Positions 42,119-51,303 of a DNA stretch of 64,000 nt are shown here, piece by piece. Each line of letters starts with the position of its first letter. The stretch's first letter is position 1. Source of the stretch: a virus; the IMG/VR virus record IMGVR_UViG_3300005836_000012. One strand, given 5' to 3'. A program made the position numbers and the translations under genes. The notes beneath the pieces were generated by a model. The model made no database searches, was not told where the DNA came from, and saw only the letters and a list, made by a program, of their open reading frames with translations.

Positions 42119-42979
42119 ATGGATTCGACACTGATTCGACCGGGGCTGTTGGTCAGCCTCAAGAGCGCCATTCGCGGCGGGGTGAGCTACCAGACCCGCA
42201 CGATCGACGCCGATCACGCTCAGGGTGATGCCCGCGTGGCGAAGTGGGAAACCACCCGCGAAATCGCCAACGCGGCTGAGCACGAAGCCGGCCTGAAGGC
42301 GCGCAGTCTGGCCCGCACCGCGGTGACCCGTGCCTGCTGCTGGTCGTCGTTCGGGCTACTGTGCCCGATCGCCAAAGAGGACGCGCTGGCCGAAGGGATC
42401 GCGGAGGCCCGCAAGATCGCTGACGCCTTCAACGCCGTGGCCCAGTGCTCGCGGCTTGAAGTGTTCGTGATCACGGGGCGGATCGCTGACAACGACATGG
42501 AAGCGGCAAAGGCGATCGGCAGCGAGGTGCGCGAACTGCTCGCGGCCATGGAAAAGGGCGTGAAGGCGGCCGATCCGAAGGCGATCCGTGAGGCAGCCGA
42601 TCGCGCCAGGGCTGTCAGCGGGATGCTCTCGGATGACGCGAAGGCGAAGGTGGGCAAGGCGATTGCCGAAGTTCGCAGCATCGCCCGCGACATCGTGCGC
42701 CGGGTGGAGAAGGACAGCGAGTCGGCGGCCAGCGTGGTCGAGAACTGCAAGCTGGAAGCGCTCGCGGCGGCGCGCTTCGCGGTGCTGGACATGGAAGACG
42801 AGCCCAGCGAGGCGGCACAGATCGCGCTGCCGATGCTCGCGATCGACCTGGAGTCAGCCGATGAAGTGAAGGTGGCCGACGTTGTCTTGCCGGCGATCGA
42901 CTTCGACCCTGCCGCCACCGGCGTGACGTTCGAATCGAAGCAGCCGGCGCCCTACGTCCCCGCCTTCGACATCGGGTGA
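42119..42979 (+). CDS. Hypothetical protein
   Basis: 286 aa, AAGGAG 7 nt upstream. Ala/Glu-rich helical protein, family not recognised. Confidence 0.6.
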   Translation: MDSTLIRPGLLVSLKSAIRGGVSYQTRTIDADHAQGDARVAKWETTREIANAAEHEAGLKARSLARTAVTRACCWSSFGLLCPIAKEDALAEGIAEARKIADAFNAVAQCSRLEVFVITGRIADNDMEAAKAIGSEVRELLAAMEKGVKAADPKAIREAADRARAVSGMLSDDAKAKVGKAIAEVRSIARDIVRRVEKDSESAASVVENCKLEALAAARFAVLDMEDEPSEAAQIALPMLAIDLESADEVKVADVVLPAIDFDPAATGVTFESKQPAPYVPAFDIG

Positions 42980-42983
42980 AACC

Positions 42984-43301
42984 ATGCCCTGCATGACGCA
43001 ACCGAACTTGACGCCGATCCAGAAGCAAAGGCAGCGCACCGCTGTCGAGCGCCTGGCGGCGGCGATCGGCGAAGGCACCGTCAAGGTGGTGGTCGGCCGG
43101 ACCGGGGGCATCGCCTTCACCGGCTGGACCGACCGGGAGGGCGTCAGCGACCTGTGCGCCTACAGGGCAATCGCCAACAGCCCAGCCATGCGCCGCGCGC
43201 TGATCCGCGCGGAGGCAATGAGCGGGAACAAGATGGACCCCCGGACCCTTGCGTCCGGGGTGCACTCTCACGATGGCGGCGCCACGTGGGGAAGGGACTG
43301 A
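42984..43301 (+). CDS. Hypothetical protein
   Basis: 105 aa GC3-rich ORF. Confidence 0.5.
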   Translation: MPCMTQPNLTPIQKQRQRTAVERLAAAIGEGTVKVVVGRTGGIAFTGWTDREGVSDLCAYRAIANSPAMRRALIRAEAMSGNKMDPRTLASGVHSHDGGATWGRD

Positions 43302-43302
43302 C

Positions 43303-43584
43303 ATGACCTGCGTTATCCACATCGTCGGCGCTGCAACTGGCGTGACCACCAAGCACGATGGCGCATACCTTGTCGACTGCGACGTGGACTGGGAAGGCGG
43401 TATTGGCGCCGTCATCAGCACGAAACTACGTGGCTGTGCAATGCGCTTCGACGATGTTGGCGAAGCGATGGAGTTCTGGCGCCGCCAGAGCACGGTGATG
43501 CCATTCCGACCGGACGGCAAACCGAACCGACCGCTCACCGCCTTCACCATCGAAATCTTGCGCGACGGCGCGGAGCCGCTATGA
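43303..43584 (+). CDS. Hypothetical protein
   Basis: 93 aa from ATG 43303 (GGGGAAGGGA upstream). Confidence 0.5.
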   Translation: MTCVIHIVGAATGVTTKHDGAYLVDCDVDWEGGIGAVISTKLRGCAMRFDDVGEAMEFWRRQSTVMPFRPDGKPNRPLTAFTIEILRDGAEPL

Positions 43585-44321
43585 CACGCGAAACGAAGAA
43601 CCCGGTGCGCCGGGCAGCTCCAGGCAGGCACACGGACGACGCCTGGGACCATCCGGCATTCGGCGTGATCGAACTGAACAGCAGCAGCTGGTCGATCGGC
43701 GGCACGCGGCTGGCCGGCAGCGACCTGGCCCACACACACACGATGTCGATCAAGATTTACCGAGGCTACATGGAACGCAGTTTCGGGGTGAACGCGATCC
43801 GCCACGATGGGCGCATACCGATCGCCGAAGTGGAGCTGTCTGAGGCTCAGTGGGCGCGGTTCGTCAGTAGTCAGGGCTGGGGCGGCGGCACGCCCTGCAC
43901 GATCCGCTGCGCGCGTGACCCGGAAGCCGCCATTGACGAACCGCCAATGATCGGCCACATCGAGGCGCCGCAGGAGACAGCCATGCGCGAGGCCCGCGAC
44001 AAGGCGGCGAAGGTGATCGAGCAGGTCGACGCCGCGTGCAAGTCGCTTCGCGCCATCCTGGATCGCCCGGGCAGCCCGCGCAAGGGAGACATCGAAGCGG
44101 CGGTGCATGGCCTGGAGATTTCAGCCGGACACTTCGCCGGGAACGCCGAGTTCTATCTGAAGCAATTCGCCGACGTGATCGACAAGACGGTCCAGGACGG
44201 CAAAACCGAGCTGGAGGCGTTCGTCAACCACGTGGCGGTCAACACCGGGTTGGAAGCGCTGCGAAGCGGCGCGTCGCCGGTGATGATCGAGTCGACGGTC
44301 AACAGCGCGGAACCGCTGTGA
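43581..44321 (+). CDS. Hypothetical protein
   Basis: 246 aa, ATGA overlap. Confidence 0.55.
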   Translation: MTRETKNPVRRAAPGRHTDDAWDHPAFGVIELNSSSWSIGGTRLAGSDLAHTHTMSIKIYRGYMERSFGVNAIRHDGRIPIAEVELSEAQWARFVSSQGWGGGTPCTIRCARDPEAAIDEPPMIGHIEAPQETAMREARDKAAKVIEQVDAACKSLRAILDRPGSPRKGDIEAAVHGLEISAGHFAGNAEFYLKQFADVIDKTVQDGKTELEAFVNHVAVNTGLEALRSGASPVMIESTVNSAEPL

Positions 44322-44509
44322 TCCGCGAACTTGCTTGGGCCATCGTTACCATGTCAGTCATCGCCTACTGGCTGCTGGTGCTCGACCCGGAGTGGATGGA
44401 GCGCCGGCCACCGGACCGCGGCACATGCGATTGCGCACAGCAGGCGCAAGGTTTGTGTCAGGATCGCAACCGATACTGCCCGACAGACACCATACGAGGC
44501 ACCGAATGA
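44318..44509 (+). CDS. Small membrane protein
   Basis: 63 aa, GTGA overlap. LAWAIVTMSVIAYWLLVL helix plus a Cys-rich tail. Confidence 0.4.
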   Translation: MIRELAWAIVTMSVIAYWLLVLDPEWMERRPPDRGTCDCAQQAQGLCQDRNRYCPTDTIRGTE

Positions 44510-44592
44510 AGCTGCGACACCGGCTGTGGATCATCCTGGCTTTGGTTGAGGGCGCCGCTGGCGTATTCTTCTTTCTGCGCGTGTTCCTGTGA
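44506..44592 (+). CDS. 28-aa single-helix peptide
   Basis: MKLRHRLWIILALVEGAAGVFFFLRVFL. ATGA and GTGA overlaps at both ends. Confidence 0.35.
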   Translation: MKLRHRLWIILALVEGAAGVFFFLRVFL

Positions 44593-45191
44593 GAGTCACG
44601 CTGCTGGGCGCCGGCGCACTCGGGCGCGAGTTCTACGAGTGGATTCGCTGCAATCCGGTGGTCGAGGTGCGGTTCGCCGATGACGTGCTGAAGGGCAGTC
44701 GCATCATCACGAGCGACGGTCCGACGACGGTGCTCGACCCTGCCGAGATTCCAGCGACCGAGCTGATGCTGGTCACGATCGCCGACCCGGTGAAGCGGGC
44801 GGCTGCGGTTGCTGCGCGTCCGACGCAGTCCTGGGCCACCTCGACCACATCCCCGAGCGTTCACGCATTTGACAGCCGCTGGGACGACGGCACGATGCAG
44901 GCCCCCTTCACTCTCGTGAGCGTCAACGCGAAGATCGGGAAGCACTGCATCATCGGCGCGTACAGCAGCGTCGGGCACGATGTCGTCATCGGCGACTTCT
45001 GCACGCTGTCCAGCCATGTCGATCTGTGCGGCCGCGTGAAGCTCGGCCAGCGCGTGTTCCTCGGGAGCGGCGCGCGCGTGCTGCCTGGGGTGGCGGTCGC
45101 TGATGACTGCTACATCGGCGCCGGCAGCGTGGTGGTGGTCGATGCCATGGTGCGCGGCACCTACTTCGGCGTGCCAGCGAGGCGCATGTGA
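44589..45191 (+). CDS. NeuD/PglD-family sugar N-acyltransferase (left-handed beta-helix)
   Basis: N-terminal Rossmann-like VTLLGAGALGRE. C-terminal hexapeptide repeats IGKHCIIGAYSSVGHDVVIGDFCTLSSHVDLCGRVKLGQRVFLGSGARVLPGVAV. Confidence 0.7.
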   Translation: MRVTLLGAGALGREFYEWIRCNPVVEVRFADDVLKGSRIITSDGPTTVLDPAEIPATELMLVTIADPVKRAAAVAARPTQSWATSTTSPSVHAFDSRWDDGTMQAPFTLVSVNAKIGKHCIIGAYSSVGHDVVIGDFCTLSSHVDLCGRVKLGQRVFLGSGARVLPGVAVADDCYIGAGSVVVVDAMVRGTYFGVPARRM

Positions 45192-45346
45192 ACCGCTGGC
45201 ATTTCTGGTTGTTCTGTAGCGGCAGCGGGTGTGCGGCTTACACCGTTGCCTGGCTGCTGAACCACATCGGCGCGCCGCCCAGCGTAGTGTTAGAGGGCGC
45301 CTGGGCTGTCGTCGTTCTTCTAGCGCTCTGGGAGAACAAGCAATGA
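45188..45346 (+). CDS. 52-aa two-helix membrane peptide (unlisted, weak)
   Basis: GTG 45188 overlaps the NeuD-like stop, and TGA 45344-45346 overlaps the Rieske ATG (ATGA). However GC3 is low. Confidence 0.3.
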   Translation: MNRWHFWLFCSGSGCAAYTVAWLLNHIGAPPSVVLEGAWAVVVLLALWENKQ

Positions 45347-46242
45347 TCCACCAAGGTCGACCTGCCATGATCCACCTGATCGGCAACGCCAGCGAGCTGG
45401 CCAACGAGGGCGACTACATCCGCCTGCCCATCGGAATCGATGACGTGGTGGTGATGCGCGAGGCCGGCGAACTGGTCGCCTTCGACAACGTTTGCACGCA
45501 CCGCGGCGCCCGCATCCATGAAGGGCTTGTCGGCAACCGCGAGCCGGTGTGCCGATACCACGGGCGCCGCGCGCGCGCCGACTGCGTGAACCGATACCAG
45601 ATCATCGTGGCCGGCTACTGGCTGTTCGTGAAGGTCGGCGGCGAGCCGGACGACGACACCGAGTTCATCGGCGACCCGACGCGAGCGATAGACGCGCTGC
45701 TGAACATCGGCCCGCTGGAGCGCGTGGCGATGCACACCCAGTTCTACGGCTCGCCGTGGACGATCGCTGTCGAGAACGCGCTCGACTGGACCCACGTCAG
45801 CACCGTTCACCCCGGAAGCCTCGGGCGCATGGGCATCAAGCCAATCGGGGGATGCCCAGGGCCGTCCGGCAGCAGCGTCGAGTTGTTCCGCGCCGATAAT
45901 CGCGCGCTGGCCAGACTGGCGCCAGACAACCCGCTGCCCTGTGACTACGTGCACCTCTACCTTGCCCCATACGCCTGCGTCAGCAGCACCCGAGGGCTCA
46001 CGGTGAGCGTGCAGCACTACCTACCAGCCGGCCCGCACCTGACGCGCTTCGTGACCCGCCTGTATGCCAAGCCGGGCACTCCGCGTGGCCTGGCAACCCA
46101 GGTGCACAAGCTGAACACCCAGGTATTCGACGAAGACGCGGCCGTGTGCGCGAGCGTGCACCCCGAGTTCATCGGCAAAGGCCCGCTGTCGGCTCAGGAG
46201 TGGCGCATCCAGGCGTTCCGCAACGTGTGGACGCCCCGGTGA
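45343..46242 (+). CDS. Rieske [2Fe-2S] non-haem-iron oxygenase (alpha-subunit-like)
   Basis: CTHRGARI...CRYHG Rieske ligands. ENALDWTHVSTVH gives the D-x2-H-x4-H mononuclear iron site. GGGAGA upstream of ATG 45343. Confidence 0.75.
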   Translation: MIHQGRPAMIHLIGNASELANEGDYIRLPIGIDDVVVMREAGELVAFDNVCTHRGARIHEGLVGNREPVCRYHGRRARADCVNRYQIIVAGYWLFVKVGGEPDDDTEFIGDPTRAIDALLNIGPLERVAMHTQFYGSPWTIAVENALDWTHVSTVHPGSLGRMGIKPIGGCPGPSGSSVELFRADNRALARLAPDNPLPCDYVHLYLAPYACVSSTRGLTVSVQHYLPAGPHLTRFVTRLYAKPGTPRGLATQVHKLNTQVFDEDAAVCASVHPEFIGKGPLSAQEWRIQAFRNVWTPR

Positions 46243-46571
46243 GGCTGATCGCCCCGCTCCACGACCTGGTGGTGACGGCCCCGCGCCGCGCCGACAAGCC
46301 GAACAGCCCGCACCGCGCCAGCACCGTGATGTCCGGCAGCGCCTGGGTGTGGCTGGAGGATCAAACGGTGGACGACCTGATCCGTGTGCACGGCCGAAAG
46401 TCGCTGTGCGACGTGACGCCAAACTACGTGTCGATGGTCTGGGGCAGCCCGCCGCCGCAGCGAATCTCCACGCTTCGGATCATCGACTGCCCGACCTGCC
46501 AAGCGGGCCAGGCCAAACGGATGACAACCTGCCCCATGTGCGGGGGCGCGACCAGGGTGCTGAACATATGA
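46239..46571 (+). CDS. Hypothetical protein with C-terminal CxxC-x12-CxxCGG zinc ribbon
   Basis: 110 aa, GTGA overlap. IIDCPTCQAGQAKRMTTCPMCGGATRV. Confidence 0.45.
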   Translation: MRLIAPLHDLVVTAPRRADKPNSPHRASTVMSGSAWVWLEDQTVDDLIRVHGRKSLCDVTPNYVSMVWGSPPPQRISTLRIIDCPTCQAGQAKRMTTCPMCGGATRVLNI

Positions 46572-47647
46572 CGATCCGCGTGCTGATCCCGAAGATGCCC
46601 AGCCCGGACGAGCTGCACCACTACTTATCGCGCATGCACGCCCGCCGCGTCTACGTGAACGGCGGGCCGCTCGTCAGCGAGTTGGAGGAGCGCATCCGAT
46701 CGATCATCGGCGTCGAGTGCCGCATGGTGTCAACCGGCACCTCGGCGATTCAGCTGGCGCTCCAGGCGCTGCACCTGCCGCCGAACAGCCGCGTCGCCGT
46801 CCCCGCGGCCACCTTCTCAGGCACCGGGCTGGCGATCAGGGCCGCAGGCCACCTTCCGGTGCTGTGCGACGTTGATGCCCAGAGCTGGCACCTGCAGCCC
46901 AGCGACGTACCTGCCGCCTGCGCGGCCGCGGTTCCTGTCGCGGCATTCGGCATGCCGGTGAACATCGGGCCGTGGGTGGCCTGGGCTGATGCGATGAACA
47001 AGCCGGTCGTGGTTGATGCCGCTGGAGCGCTCCTGGATCAACCTACCTGCGACAGCCCGCTGGTGCTGTTCGCCTTCAGCCTGCATGCCACCAAGTTCAT
47101 CGGAGCCGGCGAGGGGGGATGCGTCGCGGGGGCCTCGCGCTGGCTGCTGGATCGAGTCGCGGACCTGTCGCGCTTCGGCATGGTCGGCGGGACGAATGCC
47201 AAGATGTCGGAGTACCACGCGGCCGTAGCCCACGCCAGCCTGGACAGCGCCGACACGCGCTGCGAGCACATGCGGATGACGCGGCATCGGTATCACAGCC
47301 GGCTGCTCAAGCGGATTCCAGGCATCCAGTTCCAGCGCCCACCGATCGAACTGCTGTGGCGAGGGGCGGCGTCCCTGATGCCGATCCTGCTGCCAGAGGA
47401 CCGCCCGGCCATGCCCACGATGCACGCGCTGGAGCGCGTCGGGGTCGAGACGCGGCAGTGGTACAGGCCGTTCCTGAATGAGCGGCCAGACATGCCAGTG
47501 AGCCCGAGCGCGCGCCGTTTCGGCGACGACATGCCGGTCACCATGACGCTGATCGAGCGCCTGATCGGCCTGCCGTTCCACTACTTCCTGACGCTCGACG
47601 ACATCGACGCCGTCTGTCATCACCTGGAAACGATATGCGCATCCTGA
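46568..47647 (+). CDS. DegT/DnrJ/EryC1/StrS-family PLP sugar aminotransferase
   Basis: 359 aa from ATG 46568 (ATGA overlap). FAFSLHATKFIGAGEGG carries the PLP-lysine context. Fold-type I layout. Confidence 0.75.
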   Translation: MTIRVLIPKMPSPDELHHYLSRMHARRVYVNGGPLVSELEERIRSIIGVECRMVSTGTSAIQLALQALHLPPNSRVAVPAATFSGTGLAIRAAGHLPVLCDVDAQSWHLQPSDVPAACAAAVPVAAFGMPVNIGPWVAWADAMNKPVVVDAAGALLDQPTCDSPLVLFAFSLHATKFIGAGEGGCVAGASRWLLDRVADLSRFGMVGGTNAKMSEYHAAVAHASLDSADTRCEHMRMTRHRYHSRLLKRIPGIQFQRPPIELLWRGAASLMPILLPEDRPAMPTMHALERVGVETRQWYRPFLNERPDMPVSPSARRFGDDMPVTMTLIERLIGLPFHYFLTLDDIDAVCHHLETICAS

Positions 47648-48624
47648 TCACGGGTGGCTGTGGCTTCCTAGGGGGCCATCTGATCGAGGCCGCGATCGCC
47701 GCGGGGCACTACGTCGAGACGATCGACAGCATCACCTACGCCGGCAACATGCAGAACCTGCCATGGAGGTTTCAGGGCTACCGCAACGCCGACGTGTGCG
47801 ATCGCACGCTGATCGATGCCACGCTCCAGCGGGTTCGGCCGGACTGGGTGATCCACGCCGCGGCGGAGACGCACGTCGGGAGAGCGGTCAATGATGCGGA
47901 GGTCTTCCTGCAGACCAACGTCATCGGCACGCACGTGATGCTGGAGGCCTCGCTGTCGTACTGGCGGGAGATTGAGCACAGCCCCACGTTCCGCTTCCTG
48001 TACGTCAGCACGGACGAGGTGCACGGGAGCCTGGGGTTCAACGACCCGCGCTGGACCGAGGATAGTCCGATCGCCCCGAACAACCAGTACAGCGCGAGCA
48101 AGGCGGCCGGGGATCATCTGTGCCGCGCCTACTGGGTGACGCAGCGGCTTCCAGTGATCGTGACGCACTGCGGCAACAACTACGGCACCCGCCAGCACCC
48201 GGAGAAGCTGATCCCGACGCTGATCGGTCAGTGCCTCGCAGGTCGGCCGATGACGCTGCACGGGGATGGACAGCACGTCCGAGACTGGATCGCCGTCGAG
48301 GACCACTGCTCTGGCCTGCTGGCCGCCTGCGAGCGCGGGAATCCTGGCGAAACCTACGCGTTCAGCGCCGGCCAGGAACTGCGCAACGTGGAGGTGGCGA
48401 AGACCATCGGCGGCGTGTTCGGGGCGGCGACGATCGAGCTGATCGCGGAGCGCGCGGGGAACGATCGCCGCTACGCACTGGACTGCAGCGCGACGCGGGC
48501 AGCGCTCGGCTGGCATCCCCGGCGCAACCTGCTGCTGGAAGTCAATCGGCTGGTGCAATGGCACAGGGCGGTGGGCGAGAAGTTCGCCGCCGACTACGGG
48601 GTAGGTGCGCGGAGGTTTGGATGA
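47635..48624 (+). CDS. rfbB: dTDP-glucose 4,6-dehydratase-like NDP-sugar dehydratase
   Basis: ILITGGCGFLGGH, YVSTDEVHGS, YSASKAAGDHL (YxxxK), NNYGTRQHPEKLIP, GDGQHVRDWIAVEDHC. Confidence 0.8.
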   Translation: MRILITGGCGFLGGHLIEAAIAAGHYVETIDSITYAGNMQNLPWRFQGYRNADVCDRTLIDATLQRVRPDWVIHAAAETHVGRAVNDAEVFLQTNVIGTHVMLEASLSYWREIEHSPTFRFLYVSTDEVHGSLGFNDPRWTEDSPIAPNNQYSASKAAGDHLCRAYWVTQRLPVIVTHCGNNYGTRQHPEKLIPTLIGQCLAGRPMTLHGDGQHVRDWIAVEDHCSGLLAACERGNPGETYAFSAGQELRNVEVAKTIGGVFGAATIELIAERAGNDRRYALDCSATRAALGWHPRRNLLLEVNRLVQWHRAVGEKFAADYGVGARRFG

Positions 48625-50576
48625 CCGAGACGGTGGTGCCAGCGAAGGAGGCCGCGAACCGGCCGACCTTGCCGCAGATTCAAATCCAGAACATCGACCT
48701 GCCGGAAATCGAGCGAGCCGTCTACGGAAGACAGCACGAGGAGGCCTGCAAGCTGTTCGTCGCGGCGCTGCAGCGGCTGAAGATGGGGGCCGGCTTCACC
48801 ACGCTGCCGATGACAGTCGAGGCGCTGAAGATAGGCTACACCCGCATGGCGTCGGCCATGGTTGCCATGCTGGCGGACCCGAACATGGGCTTGGGCTCTG
48901 AGGGCTTCGACATCTTCGGAGCCGAGCACGCGATCACGGACACCATGTTCCGGGCCAGCGCCTACGGCACCAGCGACTTCCTGCTCGCGATCCTTGGGAA
49001 CCGGCTCGACGCGCAGCAGAGCGGCAACAACCAGCCGGGATTCAGGGCCGCAGCTCAACAGGCGGTGAAGTTCATGGTCACGCACAGCCTGGCCAGTGCG
49101 CTGGACCTGGATCACGAACAGATTTTCAAGCAAGACCCCAAGTCGTTCTTCGGCCTGTGGTGCGGCATGCTCGCCCCGCTGCTGGTGCTGACCGAGGCAG
49201 CGACGGCGCGGCGCGAAAAGTTGCTCGGGCTGGGCTACGTCTTCGAAGGCGTCGCCGTCCGCCAGCTGATGCTGCCCAGCGTCAGCGACGCGTTCATGTA
49301 CGCCAGCTACGCCACCAGACCCGACAAGCACAAGGCGAAGGCCGCGATCATCGCGGCGATGCGCCGCGGGATGCTTGGCGCCGGCGTCGAGGAACCGAAG
49401 CCGGAAGTCATCGCCGCGCGCCGCCTGGTGCGCCACCACCGTCCGACGATCCTGGTGTGCGTCGAGTGGTTCGGCGGGCAGCATGCCATGTATCGCTGCT
49501 ACTGCCTGATCATCCGCCAACTCCGCAAGCGCTACCGCCTCGTGGCGATGTCCAGGGCGATCGACATCGACGAAATCGGCAAGGCGGAGTTCGACGAGTG
49601 GCACGAGGTGCCGGCGGAAAACCTGGCCCTCGGCGACCTGGTCAAGCGCGTGGCCGACATCGCCCCGGACATGATCTATCACCCGTCGCTGGGGATGGCG
49701 ATGTGGTGGGTGGCGCTTTCCTCGCTTCGGCTGGCCCCGATCCAGTTCGCCACGCTCGGGCACCCGGCCTCGTCGATGTCTCCGACCATGGACTACATCC
49801 TGTGCGACGAGGGAGCGTTCGGCGATCCAACCCTCGCGGTCGAGCGGATCGTCACCTATCCGAACGGCAGCGCCCGCTACGTCCTGCGGACTGACGAGGA
49901 CGTGCCGCCGCCTTTGCCAGTCAGCGAGGTGTCAGCCGACCCGATCAACATCGCGATCCCGGCCATGATGTGCAAGGTCACCGTTCCATTCCTCAAGGCT
50001 TGCAAGCTGGTCAGCGAGCAGGCTGGGCGCTCCGTGCGTTGGCACTTCTTCATCAACATGCTCGGCCTGAACCTGATCGCTGCCGCGGCGGAATTGAGGG
50101 CGTGGCTGCCGGACTGCCTCACCTACGAGCGGAACACGTACAAAGGCTACATGGACGCCCTGCGGCATTGCCACATCGTCGCGAGCACGTTTCCATTCGG
50201 GGGGACCAACTCCATCATCGACAGCATGATGGTCGGCGTCCCGCCGGTGTGCATCGAGGGCCAGGAACCGCACGAGCGCTTCGACGCAGCCATCATCCGC
50301 AGGGCGCAGCTTCCTGACTGGCTGATCGCCAACGATGTCGAGGGCTGGATCGCGGCCATGGTCCGGCTGATCAAGGAGGACGGCACGCGCAACGCGATCC
50401 GCGATCACCTCCTGACCTTCGACCTGAAGGGCGAGTTCTATGGTCCATCCGAGCACGGCGACGCCTTCGCGCGCGCGGTGGACCTGATCTTCGACAACCA
50501 CGAGGCGATCCAGGCGTTGCCGGATCGCGCGCCGATCGATAGCACCATGTGGAGCGCGCCATGTTCGTCAAGCTGA
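48621..50576 (+). CDS. GT41-family (OGT / HMW1C-like) glycosyltransferase
   Basis: 651 aa, GGAGG RBS. Helical N-domain. APDMIYHPSLGM..LRLAPIQFATLGHPASSMSPTMDYILCDE and CHIVASTFPFGGTNSIIDSMMVGVPPVCIEG match GT41 catalytic blocks. Confidence 0.65.
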   Translation: MTETVVPAKEAANRPTLPQIQIQNIDLPEIERAVYGRQHEEACKLFVAALQRLKMGAGFTTLPMTVEALKIGYTRMASAMVAMLADPNMGLGSEGFDIFGAEHAITDTMFRASAYGTSDFLLAILGNRLDAQQSGNNQPGFRAAAQQAVKFMVTHSLASALDLDHEQIFKQDPKSFFGLWCGMLAPLLVLTEAATARREKLLGLGYVFEGVAVRQLMLPSVSDAFMYASYATRPDKHKAKAAIIAAMRRGMLGAGVEEPKPEVIAARRLVRHHRPTILVCVEWFGGQHAMYRCYCLIIRQLRKRYRLVAMSRAIDIDEIGKAEFDEWHEVPAENLALGDLVKRVADIAPDMIYHPSLGMAMWWVALSSLRLAPIQFATLGHPASSMSPTMDYILCDEGAFGDPTLAVERIVTYPNGSARYVLRTDEDVPPPLPVSEVSADPINIAIPAMMCKVTVPFLKACKLVSEQAGRSVRWHFFINMLGLNLIAAAAELRAWLPDCLTYERNTYKGYMDALRHCHIVASTFPFGGTNSIIDSMMVGVPPVCIEGQEPHERFDAAIIRRAQLPDWLIANDVEGWIAAMVRLIKEDGTRNAIRDHLLTFDLKGEFYGPSEHGDAFARAVDLIFDNHEAIQALPDRAPIDSTMWSAPCSSS

Positions 50577-50815
50577 CTTCTGTGCCAGTCAAGAACCTTG
50601 ACGATGGCGCCTTGCATGCGATGTACGTCGAGGCTGCCGATGTGGCGGCGATCAGTCGCGGCATCCTAAACACTGTCCCGGCAGAGGGTTGCACGATGGT
50701 GCTGATCATGCGGGACGGCGGCGTGGCAACGCTTGCCGTCAGCGAATCGCCAGGCGTTGTGGCCAAGATGGTGGAGGACGCGCTGGCGCGCGCCGTCCAG
50801 ATGCCGCGGCCATGA
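50561..50815 (+). CDS. Hypothetical small protein
   Basis: 84 aa (ATG 50561, alternative GTG 50549). Confidence 0.45.
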   Translation: MFVKLTSVPVKNLDDGALHAMYVEAADVAAISRGILNTVPAEGCTMVLIMRDGGVATLAVSESPGVVAKMVEDALARAVQMPRP

Positions 50816-51303
50816 TCTACGAACTGGAGCTATACCGCCGGACGCGCACCGCCGCGCCCGACCTGCCGACCGACATCCCGGCATCGACGCTGCTGCGCAA
50901 GGAAATGCGCGAGGCCAGCGATGGGCTGATGTTCTTCGCCCTGCACCGCCAGTCGGTTGTCGCCGTTGCAACGCACGCTGCGAACGTCATCCTGCAGATG
51001 GCCCGCACGCTTGACGCCACGGGAGAAACACCAGGGGTTCCTGATCTGGTCAACGGAGCCTGCACGCTGATCCAGGAGGTGCGCGACCGCATGGACCGCG
51101 CCCTGCTGCTGAACGACGGCGAGCAGCTGCGCTGGTCGACCTGCATGCTGGAAATCCAGGTGCGCGGCATCCTGGCCATCCTGGTCGGCACCGTGCCCTA
51201 CACCACCCTGATGGAGACGATCGCCGAGCGCGGCGACCTTCACGCCATCCTGACCGCCTGCGGCGCGCTGCCGCCAACCCAAACCACCGAGACACCCCAA
51301 TGA
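50812..51303 (+). CDS. Hypothetical helical protein
   Basis: 163 aa, ATGA overlap. Confidence 0.5.
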   Translation: MIYELELYRRTRTAAPDLPTDIPASTLLRKEMREASDGLMFFALHRQSVVAVATHAANVILQMARTLDATGETPGVPDLVNGACTLIQEVRDRMDRALLLNDGEQLRWSTCMLEIQVRGILAILVGTVPYTTLMETIAERGDLHAILTACGALPPTQTTETPQ

